Made by a program: the position numbers and the translations under genes
Part shown: piece by piece, positions 20,050 to 27,568 of the stretch
Position numbering within the stretch: the stretch's first letter is position 1
Layout of the letters: each line of letters begins with the position of its first letter
The notes under the pieces: generated by a model
What the model saw: only the letters and a program-made list of their open reading frames with translations
The model's database searches: none
Told to the model about the DNA's origin: nothing
Virus record (IMG/VR): IMGVR_UViG_3300008952_000057
Coordinates: 1 to 56,738 of that record
Strand: one strand, 5' to 3'
Source: a virus
Taxonomy: Duplodnaviria > Caudoviricetes
DNA: 56,738 nucleotides

Positions 20050-20342
20050 TACTTACCTGCCAATTTTACTTTCTTCAAAGCATCCTGTAGTATAATGTAT
20101 ATATTGTTACAAGAATAGTGGTTTACACCCTGTTTTCTCGATTCCTTCTTTATCTCTTCTATTGTATCATCAATAGTACTAAAGTTAGGATTATAAACAT
20201 TGGTTATTGTTTTTGGTTCAACTTTATCCTCTACAACTACACGTTTATTTTTTTTAATTGAATCTACTACTTCATCTGCAATTGATTCTAATCTAATTTT
20301 ACCAGCAGTGTCTACAGTATCTTTCTTAATTTTCTTTGCCAT
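20049..20342 (-). CDS. Hypothetical protein
   Basis: 97-aa ORF overlapping the portal end and coupled to the next gene. Confidence 0.6.
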   Translation of the reverse strand: MAKKIKKDTVDTAGKIRLESIADEVVDSIKKNKRVVVEDKVEPKTITNVYNPNFSTIDDTIEEIKKESRKQGVNHYSCNNIYIILQDALKKVKLAGK

Positions 20343-22227
20343 CTTCCCACCTCCTTACTTGCTCAAACTCCTGTTTAACTAAATCTCTTGCCTCTCTTAC
20401 AGTCATACCAGCCTTTCTTAACTTGTCAACGGTTTTTGTTTTCTTCCATCCAAAGTCAACTGCGTGTTGTAATGTTTTCTTTACTACTTCAAAGTTGGCT
20501 GGTGTAATTCCATCAGGATAACTCTTTTTACTCATACTTGTGCCTTTACCACTTGATGGTGAACCTTGTGCAATTCCACCAATGTCTGATGGTCTTCTAT
20601 TCTTTGGTTCTCCTTGCATAGATTGTCTTTCCTCTACTGGTGCTGCAGTTCCTCTTCCTCTACCTGTTTTAGCCATAACATCACCCAATAACATATCTTT
20701 CAATGGTAATACAGGGTCTTTACTAACTTTAAAGTCTCCTGTGTGTGTTCTTGATACTTCAAAGCCCATTCCTTGTAATGCCATCATATTTTCAATCTCC
20801 GTACCTTCAATTTGTAACTGCATTAACTCATCTGTCTCTTCTCCTTGTTTAAGTTTAATATCCCAATCCTCAACACCCAATATTTCAGATAATTTTCTAA
20901 AGAATGACTTTAGTAAAATATCTTGACCCCATTTCACTGCTCTATTTGTAATTGTAACTTGTAAACCTTCTTGTGACCAACCAGAAGGCATTTCACCATA
21001 ATAGAGTGGTAATACACCGTAAATAGCTCCTATAATCTGTCTTAACTCTTGCCTTACTGCTATAAACTCTAATTCTTTTAATGAACCAGTAAAGTCTAAC
21101 CACTGTGCAAGATTTTTACCACCTTTCTCCTGTTCTACAAGTAATGGGTGTATCATGTATGGGTCTTCGGTTGCTTTTTGTTCTAAAGCATCCCATGACT
21201 TTCTAAACGTTTCATAATTACGTGATGCAATAACTAACATACCTCTTGGTGGTCTCATCTTATCAAAGTATTTTCTAACATATTCATCCATGTGTGATAA
21301 GGACATTGCCTTTGACCAAATTGAATAAATTGGTGAGTAACCGTAAATTAGAGCTGGTTTATACTTTCCAGCCTTCCAGACAACCTCTCCGTCACCATAA
21401 ATAACTCTTTTTGGTTGTGGAATACCTAGAGAGTATACAGAGTTAACTTCAAGAACTGCTTTAATAGCTTCAGCTCCACATCTATCACATAATGGTTCTT
21501 GTAATCTTCTATCTCGATGTTCAAAACGTGGGCATACCCAAATTTTATTTCTTTTATCATCAAAACCAATTCTACCATCACTGTCAGCTATCATTGCTAC
21601 TTGTGGTGGGTCTATACGAATAACTTCCTTAATCTCAGTCTTATCATGATCAATTTTACCTGTACTATCGTCAATATAGTAATTTTTCAATAAAAGCATA
21701 TATGCATTATCAGCTATCTCTAAATCTCTCTCTAATTGTCTAGAAACGTCTTCTATGGTTTGGTTGTTACCGTTAATCGGTTTATCGATTAATTTTTGTA
21801 GTACCTTTCGGTTGTGTGGGTCTGGTCTTACAAGTTTGTTACTTCCACACGTATCACACTGCATTAATTGTTTTTTTCCTTCCTCTTTCGCAAGTATCTC
21901 TTCGGCATGACTGTCGTCTGGGGTATCTGTTGATAACGGTTTGTATTCAAACTCTTTTCCACAATCACCACATCTGTATTTAAAACGTTCAACAACTTCA
22001 AATCCATTTTTGAACATTTCTCTGTTAAGTGTTTCTACAGGTATTCTAATGGCATCAATATTATCTGCTAATTCATAAATCATAATTAATGGGAATGGAA
22101 ATATAGGTAACTTAGCACCAGTATCGGTACTCATGTAAGGTTGTGCTATACTAGGTCTTGATGTGGTATTTGTATAACTTTTATTAGTGTTTCTAAATAC
22201 ACTCTTAAATTTATCTATAAATCCCAT
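20326..22227 (-). CDS. Portal protein with zinc-ribbon insertions
   Basis: RDLEIADNAY, IDPPQV, YGYSPI, YF...PRGML and IGAIYGVLP portal motifs. First gene of the head block. Confidence 0.85.
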   Translation of the reverse strand: MGFIDKFKSVFRNTNKSYTNTTSRPSIAQPYMSTDTGAKLPIFPFPLIMIYELADNIDAIRIPVETLNREMFKNGFEVVERFKYRCGDCGKEFEYKPLSTDTPDDSHAEEILAKEEGKKQLMQCDTCGSNKLVRPDPHNRKVLQKLIDKPINGNNQTIEDVSRQLERDLEIADNAYMLLLKNYYIDDSTGKIDHDKTEIKEVIRIDPPQVAMIADSDGRIGFDDKRNKIWVCPRFEHRDRRLQEPLCDRCGAEAIKAVLEVNSVYSLGIPQPKRVIYGDGEVVWKAGKYKPALIYGYSPIYSIWSKAMSLSHMDEYVRKYFDKMRPPRGMLVIASRNYETFRKSWDALEQKATEDPYMIHPLLVEQEKGGKNLAQWLDFTGSLKELEFIAVRQELRQIIGAIYGVLPLYYGEMPSGWSQEGLQVTITNRAVKWGQDILLKSFFRKLSEILGVEDWDIKLKQGEETDELMQLQIEGTEIENMMALQGMGFEVSRTHTGDFKVSKDPVLPLKDMLLGDVMAKTGRGRGTAAPVEERQSMQGEPKNRRPSDIGGIAQGSPSSGKGTSMSKKSYPDGITPANFEVVKKTLQHAVDFGWKKTKTVDKLRKAGMTVREARDLVKQEFEQVRRWEDGKEN

Positions 22228-22271
22228 ATAAACGTGTTATTACTCTCACTTATAAACTTTGTCAGATTTTG

Positions 22272-22445
22272 TCAGTTTTTGTATTGTTTTTCACCATGAA
22301 CTTTACAAAATGGGTTTCTCGAACCATTCATTCTTGCACAGTCACAACTAGACGACTTTGTGTGGGTATGTTCCTTATCTCCACCTACATGAGAATGTTT
22401 GGTACCATCTTCGTGTTTATGTTCAACTTTTTCATCTTTAGCCAT
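22272..22445 (-). CDS. 57-aa His/Cys-rich metal-binding micro-protein
   Basis: MAKDEKVEHKHEDGTKHSHVGGDKEHTH...CDC...CKVH. TATA box 23 nt upstream of ATG 22445. Confidence 0.7.
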   Translation of the reverse strand: MAKDEKVEHKHEDGTKHSHVGGDKEHTHTKSSSCDCARMNGSRNPFCKVHGEKQYKN

Positions 22446-22480
22446 AATAAATAAATTACCTTTACTTATATAAAGATTAA

Positions 22481-22543
22481 CCCTAGTAGTGTGAGTTTGC
22501 ATACCTGTAGTAAAGGAGGACTGGTTTAACGAGCCAGCTAGGG
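22481..22543 (+). ncRNA. Candidate tRNA-like small structured RNA
   Basis: CCCTAG/CTAGGG closing stem, TA linker, GTGT/ATAC arm and CTGGT-TTAACGA-GCCAG arm. G-U pairs favour the + strand. Confidence 0.4.
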
Positions 22544-22576
22544 CAACTTTATAACCGTTCTATTTAGTATAAAAAT

Positions 22577-22753
22577 ATGGTAGAGTTAGAACCAGAAGAC
22601 TTTAGTGCGTTACTACGTTGGTTTGAAAAAGCATGGGGTAATAAACGACCAGAGGAAATCCCACTTACAGATAGACGTACCTTTTGGAAACTCACGTTCC
22701 TGTGCGAAGACCGTCTTCATGAACTTCGTGACGAAATCGATAAAGACGAATAG
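22577..22753 (+). CDS. 58-aa hypothetical protein
   Basis: MVELEPEDFSALLRWFEKAWG..., with TTTATA at 22548-22553 upstream and a hairpin terminator downstream. Confidence 0.7.
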   Translation: MVELEPEDFSALLRWFEKAWGNKRPEEIPLTDRRTFWKLTFLCEDRLHELRDEIDKDE

Positions 22754-22778
22754 TCGTGCCGAAGGCACGAGTTTTTTT
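22754..22778 (+). terminator. Hairpin plus oligo-T terminator
   Basis: TCGTGCC-GAA-GGCACGA followed by GTTTTTTT. Confidence 0.75.
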
Positions 22779-22819
22779 GGTTGAGGTAGATTTATAAACG
22801 TTGACTTCGTAAACGTTTC

Positions 22820-22945
22820 GTGGAAAAAGTTGTCGGAACCAAATGGAAATACAAATGTTACAAATGTAGCCTGATGTTTGAATCATCATCAGATGCCAAA
22901 ATGCATACGTTTATATCTGGACATCACCCAACCAAGTTAGGATGA
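22820..22945 (+). CDS. 41-aa C2H2 zinc-finger micro-protein
   Basis: GTG start. YKCYKCSLMFESSSDAKMHTFISGH. TTTATAAA at 22791. Confidence 0.65.
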   Translation: MEKVVGTKWKYKCYKCSLMFESSSDAKMHTFISGHHPTKLG

Positions 22946-23130
22946 AATCAGGATTATTATTACTTGGATTAATATTCATGGCAACAGGGTTTTTATTGCC
23001 TGTAGGAATTGCTCTAATTCTAATATGGCTATACACAGATGTCAAGAAAGACTATCTTGTAACCAAAGATGAAAAGGAATATAAGGAGCAAACACATATG
23101 AATTATGAGGAGATGCAGAAATGGAGATAA
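22942..23130 (+). CDS. Small membrane protein
   Basis: Hydrophobic N-terminal 30 aa, ATGA-coupled. Confidence 0.6.
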   Translation: MKSGLLLLGLIFMATGFLLPVGIALILIWLYTDVKKDYLVTKDEKEYKEQTHMNYEEMQKWR

Positions 23131-23249
23131 AATGCGTAACATGTTGGAGAACCTTTGAAAAGGCTGACATTTGTAAATATAATGGAAAGAATACCTGTAC
23201 CAAGTGTGCAGCCAAATTCTTAAAGTATGCGTTTGGGAGGGAGAAATGA
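23121..23249 (+). CDS. 42-aa zinc-finger micro-protein
   Basis: MEIKCVTC...CTKC, overlapping both neighbours. Confidence 0.6.
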   Translation: MEIKCVTCWRTFEKADICKYNGKNTCTKCAAKFLKYAFGREK

Positions 23250-23476
23250 AACTGTGTGAGATGTGCGACAGTCAAGTTCATGTGAGATTATTACAACTTA
23301 TGAAAAATGGTCAACTATTACATGTGTGTGAGTCATGCATACCAAGTATGTTTAACACAGGTTTTAGGCTTTTGGACTATCCCAATGGTAATATAATACC
23401 ATGGTCTATGGAAGAGAATTGGGATTGGGTTGTTAAGGTTAAAGAAGGAAGGAGACATGGCAGCAGATCCAATTAG
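23246..23476 (+). CDS. Zinc-finger protein
   Basis: MKLCEMCD...HVCESC. ATGA overlap with GGGAG upstream. Confidence 0.6.
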   Translation: MKLCEMCDSQVHVRLLQLMKNGQLLHVCESCIPSMFNTGFRLLDYPNGNIIPWSMEENWDWVVKVKEGRRHGSRSN

Positions 23477-23618
23477 TGACCTTCTCAATCTTCTAAAGGA
23501 GAAGTGGCTTCCTGATGAACAGAAGAAGATGATAGAATCTATGATTATACAGTTAATAGAGGAGATGCACGATAATATGGTAAAAGGTGAAAAGAGGGGA
23601 GACTTACCGTGGCGATAA
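23457..23618 (+). CDS. Hypothetical protein
   Basis: MAADPISDLL..., with GGAG SD upstream. Confidence 0.55.
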   Translation: MAADPISDLLNLLKEKWLPDEQKKMIESMIIQLIEEMHDNMVKGEKRGDLPWR

Positions 23619-23788
23619 CCAATAAGGACGTGGAGAATATTATGTGTGTTGCCTGTAATGAGTTAATCAAGGATCACTCTAAGAGAGGGTTAGGTAGGTG
23701 TCTGTTCCGTATTCAAGGTACTATGGTTTCAAATGGTCTCTCCCCTTACAAAGCCCATACTGAAGATAGGATTGAGGATCAGAAATGA
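23609..23788 (+). CDS. 59-aa zinc-binding micro-protein
   Basis: GTG start. CVAC...H...C. Confidence 0.55.
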   Translation: MAITNKDVENIMCVACNELIKDHSKRGLGRCLFRIQGTMVSNGLSPYKAHTEDRIEDQK

Positions 23789-23928
23789 CGAAACGAAAAG
23801 ATGGTACTAAGAAGTATGGTAATACTGGTATATCATACCGTGTGTTGAGTGAGGCTAGTGGTTGTTCCGAATATAAGATAATGGCTTATGTAAGGTTATT
23901 AGAACCTATAGTGGATGATTTGAAATGA
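23785..23928 (+). CDS. 47-aa hypothetical protein
   Basis: MTKRKDGTKKYG..., ATGA-coupled on both sides. Confidence 0.5.
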   Translation: MTKRKDGTKKYGNTGISYRVLSEASGCSEYKIMAYVRLLEPIVDDLK

Positions 23929-24062
23929 CGTGTTATGCCAATAAACGGTTAAAGTCCAAAAGAGACTTTGAGATGTATCAGATGTTTGGATGTCCTTACT
24001 GTGAGAATAATTTATATTGTCCTCCACCTGATAATATAAAAGATGAAAAAGATAAATGCTAA
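23925..24062 (+). CDS. 45-aa Cys-rich micro-protein
   Basis: MTCYAN...GCPYC...YCPPP, ATGA-coupled. Confidence 0.5.
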   Translation: MTCYANKRLKSKRDFEMYQMFGCPYCENNLYCPPPDNIKDEKDKC

Positions 24063-24201
24063 TGAGATTAAAGAATTTAAAAAACGTATTCATCAATTAC
24101 AAAGTTTAATACCTCACTTTACTATATCTGGAAATTTTAAGGTTGAGATAAAGACCTTACAGAAACAAGTTGAGAAACTATCAAAATGGATGAATTTCTA
24201 A
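24043..24201 (+). CDS. 52-aa hypothetical protein
   Basis: MKKINANEIKEF..., last gene of the + cluster. Confidence 0.45.
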   Translation: MKKINANEIKEFKKRIHQLQSLIPHFTISGNFKVEIKTLQKQVEKLSKWMNF

Positions 24202-24369
24202 TTTATACCTTGCCACCGATTTGTATGTATATAAATGTTTAAAAATAGGATTTTCTCTCTACGCACCAGCGGAGTACCGTAAAGTACCGTACTTTCGTGG
24301 AATTGTTTTAAAATTTGAAAAAAATAAAAAAAAGAGAAGATTGTTTGAGTTTCGTAAATCGACGACGAT

Positions 24370-24741
24370 TTATTCAGCTACAAACATCGTACCGATACGT
24401 GAACATTGCCAGTCGTCTTTAGTTGCTTTTCGTAAGAATGCGACTAATTGCTCTCGGTCTATCACGTCGGTCTCTGGGTGTTTTGAATTGAGTTGTTTTC
24501 TCTCAATGATACCTTCGTCTCTCATGAATTCCACGATGGACTCAAGATTCTTGGCATCGACTTTAATCGATTTACCTTTCGATTTTGTGGTCGATGTCTG
24601 AAGGTTCAAAACTTCACCTTTCAAGTTATTCAAATCTGCGATAATGTTTGAATCGTGTGATTCTACATCGCTTGATAGATTCTCTAACTTTTTGGCGATT
24701 GTCTTAACATCTGTCATTAATCGATTATCGATCTTCATCAT
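24370..24741 (-). CDS. Hypothetical coiled-coil protein next to the CG-rich island
   Basis: 123-aa ORF with noticeably CG-containing codons and a T-rich terminator downstream. Confidence 0.6.
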   Translation of the reverse strand: MMKIDNRLMTDVKTIAKKLENLSSDVESHDSNIIADLNNLKGEVLNLQTSTTKSKGKSIKVDAKNLESIVEFMRDEGIIERKQLNSKHPETDVIDREQLVAFLRKATKDDWQCSRIGTMFVAE

Positions 24742-24809
24742 ATATATATCATGGTATTGTCTGATTTGTCATGACTGGCACGACAGATTGGACATTGTGT
24801 TATATCCCT

Positions 24810-25325
24810 ATATCGACTCGTCGTCGTGTATTAATGGTGAATCTGTACACGTCGATCGTCGTAAAAAAAATAATTTTTTGTACACGTCGATCGATCGTCG
24901 AACGAATAAAAAAATAAAAAATAAACGTCGATCGTAGAACGATCGTAGTCGATCGATAGTACGACGATACCCTATATAAACGTTCGTCTATCGTTCGATA
25001 GAACGTCGTGTGGCACCTACACCATTCGATCGTCGTCGATATCGTTCGATACTACTCGATAGTCGTTCGATAGACTACTACGTATACTGTTCGTTATGCT
25101 ATTACTATTACTATACGATTCGTATATTGATGGTATAAGGAACTAATACTATACACGTCGACCGTAGTTGTATCTACGATAAATCGATAGACTTATATTA
25201 CGCCTACGTCGTCACGTATTTCGATAGTATACTACGAATCAAAACACTCGAATCTATGCCAATTACTCTAACGAATAACTACTACTACTACTATTACTAT
25301 GTCTATTACTATTATTATTATATGA
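24810..25325. repeat. CG/CGATCG-rich non-coding repeat island (candidate origin or genome-end region)
   Basis: Seven CGATCG sites, TGTACACGTCGATCG x2, TCGTTCGATA x3, A-tracts and an (ACT/ATT)n tract. Lies at the strand-divergence point. Confidence 0.75.
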
Positions 25326-25349
25326 TATGTATACCGTAACTAATAGGAG

Positions 25350-25367
25350 AACACCAACATTTATATT
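25350..25367 (+). promoter_or_regulatory. Early-type BRE/TATA promoter, copy 1
   Basis: AACACCAACATTTATATT, 21 nt before ATG 25389. Confidence 0.75.
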
Positions 25368-25388
25368 ACCACCTCACATAGACCCACC

Positions 25389-25703
25389 ATGGCAAAAACC
25401 AAGAATCCGAAATGGTCTTACAGAGTTAGTACTATAGCTAGAGGGATGTTTGAGGTACTTCTAGACGGTACTAAGAGTGGTAAATGTACTATTAGTATAG
25501 TCATGCCACAAAGAGACTGGTTCGTAAGAGTTAGAGGATTGACCACCTCTGATTATGCGATACTAAGGGCAACCAGACTCTTAAGATATGATAGAAACAC
25601 TAAAACGTTTACTATTAGTGACCCACTAGTGATAGGAAAGCTAGCTAGAATGGGTGTGAAACCAACACTAATACGTACTAATGTGCCTCAACTAGTTGAA
25701 TAA
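25389..25703 (+). CDS. Hypothetical basic protein (first gene of + block)
   Basis: 104-aa ORF behind the promoter. Confidence 0.7.
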   Translation: MAKTKNPKWSYRVSTIARGMFEVLLDGTKSGKCTISIVMPQRDWFVRVRGLTTSDYAILRATRLLRYDRNTKTFTISDPLVIGKLARMGVKPTLIRTNVPQLVE

Positions 25704-25718
25704 ACTAGGAGGAAACAC

Positions 25719-26405
25719 ATGAAAAACAAGAAACGTGTGAAGAGTGACTTTGTAGGAGAACCTACCTCAACCCTAGAGGATATACGTAAAGAGGTCTCTA
25801 GTTCTACGAAGTATAGACAAGTGAAGGAGGCACGAGAACTAGCTCGTAAGTTAATGGGAATCCCAGACTTACACAGCATAAAGTTTGTGACCAAGAATAA
25901 GACTCGACTACTACGTCTTTATAGACTAGAGAGTAGAGTACATAAGTTCTTAGAATCAGTGTTAGTATCTGATTACTCCCAGCAAATAGTCTATGCTCGT
26001 AAGGAAGAGTTGCTCAAAATCAACAAGGAGATACGAGCATTCAATGAGTATCGTGTACGAAACCCACTACTATCTATGGGTCTTCCTGAACTGGAAGAGA
26101 TAGACATGGAAAAGATTCAAGAGATAGACTTCTTGTATCTAGTAGACGAGAACAACAAATGGTCTCTTGCCTCATCTCTTAAGGAAGAGATTCAAGAGTT
26201 TAAATCCAGACTCGTAGAGAATTTGTCAATCTCTACACATAGTATAGGGTGTGGATTCGGTGACTGTACCAAAGGAGTAAAGAGAATCATTACTCGTGAG
26301 GATAAAGAGTACGATAAAATGCTCGAAGTAGATAAGACAAACCACTGGTATTGTAAGAGGTGCAAGTTTGGTTGGGTTAACTACGAGGAGGGTATCTCTT
26401 GTTAG
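25719..26405 (+). CDS. Hypothetical protein with C-terminal zinc ribbon
   Basis: GGAGG SD. C....C and WYCKRC motifs. Confidence 0.7.
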   Translation: MKNKKRVKSDFVGEPTSTLEDIRKEVSSSTKYRQVKEARELARKLMGIPDLHSIKFVTKNKTRLLRLYRLESRVHKFLESVLVSDYSQQIVYARKEELLKINKEIRAFNEYRVRNPLLSMGLPELEEIDMEKIQEIDFLYLVDENNKWSLASSLKEEIQEFKSRLVENLSISTHSIGCGFGDCTKGVKRIITREDKEYDKMLEVDKTNHWYCKRCKFGWVNYEEGISC

Positions 26406-26409
26406 AATT

Positions 26410-26439
26410 GGAGGGTGGAAACACCTTCCTTCCTTTTTT
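26410..26439 (+). terminator. GAAA-tetraloop hairpin plus oligo-T terminator
   Basis: GGAGGGTG-GAAA-CACCTTCC then TTCCTTTTTT. Confidence 0.75.
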
Positions 26440-26574
26440 GATTAACGTACTAATCCCTGTAGCTACAGTAGTAGGCAGAAAGGATGAATGCATACAATGT
26501 ATCACGTTCCTTAAAGGAGAATGGTGGTAGTCTATAGATTAGGTTAATATACTATAATATCTACACGATATACT

Positions 26575-26988
26575 ATGACAGAACAATTCAGAGGTGTCGA
26601 AGACATCGTAGAATCTGGAATGATATTTGCATACACAGATTTACTACGTGACTTGTGGCAAATGCAAGGTAACACTGATAAGGAAGAGTTCGACCAGTTC
26701 CTAAAGCATGTGTTAGTTAAGACGCACAAAGAAATCAATGTTAGTATTAAATATGTTAAGGAATTACTACACGTAATGGACATAGATAATGTAATGATGA
26801 TGAAGAAGAACATCTTAGGTATGGTAGCATTGAAGTACCCAGATTTTATCGAGAAACTCATAGACATTGAGGCAATGGATAAGATACTACCCAAACTATC
26901 ACCAGCGAAAGAGGCACAGATGAGGAGACTTGCTCAACAAATGACTGACGAGTTAGTAAGAAAGACACGATGGGAGGATGAAGAGTGA
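26575..26988 (+). CDS. Hypothetical protein
   Basis: 137-aa helical ORF. Confidence 0.65.
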   Translation: MTEQFRGVEDIVESGMIFAYTDLLRDLWQMQGNTDKEEFDQFLKHVLVKTHKEINVSIKYVKELLHVMDIDNVMMMKKNILGMVALKYPDFIEKLIDIEAMDKILPKLSPAKEAQMRRLAQQMTDELVRKTRWEDEE

Positions 26989-27131
26989 TGAACAAGTGTT
27001 ATAAATGTCACGAGACATACACAGAAAGACCAGCACAATCTAGAGAGGATGGTTCACCAATCTGTCCTCGTTGTGGAGAGTACGAAGCTTTCATGATATA
27101 CTGTAAGACCCACCACTACGACGGTAGTTAA
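26988..27131 (+). CDS. 47-aa zinc-finger micro-protein
   Basis: MNKCYKC...PAQSREDGSPICPRCG. Confidence 0.65.
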   Translation: MNKCYKCHETYTERPAQSREDGSPICPRCGEYEAFMIYCKTHHYDGS

Positions 27132-27133
27132 CA

Positions 27134-27430
27134 ATGCCCTGTTCATTCTGTGGTAGTAAGTTTAGATACCTTGGCACTACTACTGTTGTAGCTGAGTTAT
27201 CAACACCACTACGTATCAATATCTTTTATTGTGACAAATGCCAAAACATTATAGCTTTCGATGCTAATGTGAAGAAGAAACCTACAGTAAAGAAGGTAGA
27301 TAAGATGCCGAAATATGTAGAGCCAAAGCTTGTACTTACACCTGAAGAAGTAGAGATACGTAAGAAACATAAGATGACCGACAAACAACTCGAAGAATAC
27401 ATTAAAGAATGTAAGGTAGATAAGAGTTAG
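27134..27430 (+). CDS. Zinc-ribbon protein
   Basis: CSFCGS...FYCDKC. Confidence 0.65.
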   Translation: MPCSFCGSKFRYLGTTTVVAELSTPLRINIFYCDKCQNIIAFDANVKKKPTVKKVDKMPKYVEPKLVLTPEEVEIRKKHKMTDKQLEEYIKECKVDKS

Positions 27431-27446
27431 ATGTAATATCTAATAC

Positions 27447-27464
27447 AACACCAACATTTATATT
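27447..27464 (+). promoter_or_regulatory. Early-type BRE/TATA promoter, copy 2
   Basis: Identical 18-mer to 25350-25367, 23 nt before ATG 27488. Confidence 0.75.
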
Positions 27465-27568
27465 GGGCAACCTATATAATTCTGGGCATGGCAAAAACAA
27501 TTGCACATACAAATGATACGAGAGGAGTGGTGGCTTACTGAATAGTATAACCTAACTAATTATATTCG

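Noticed and set aside
22481-22543. Canonical tRNA gene or known self-cleaving ribozyme
   Set aside because: No proper anticodon arm or TTC loop, and no hammerhead core (CUGANGA/GAAA). Kept only as a tRNA-like candidate.
24810-25325. CRISPR array or protein-coding gene (track ORF 24644..24937) in the CG island
   Set aside because: Repeats are short and irregular with no constant repeat-spacer period. The ORF is antisense to a better gene and translates low-complexity DNA.
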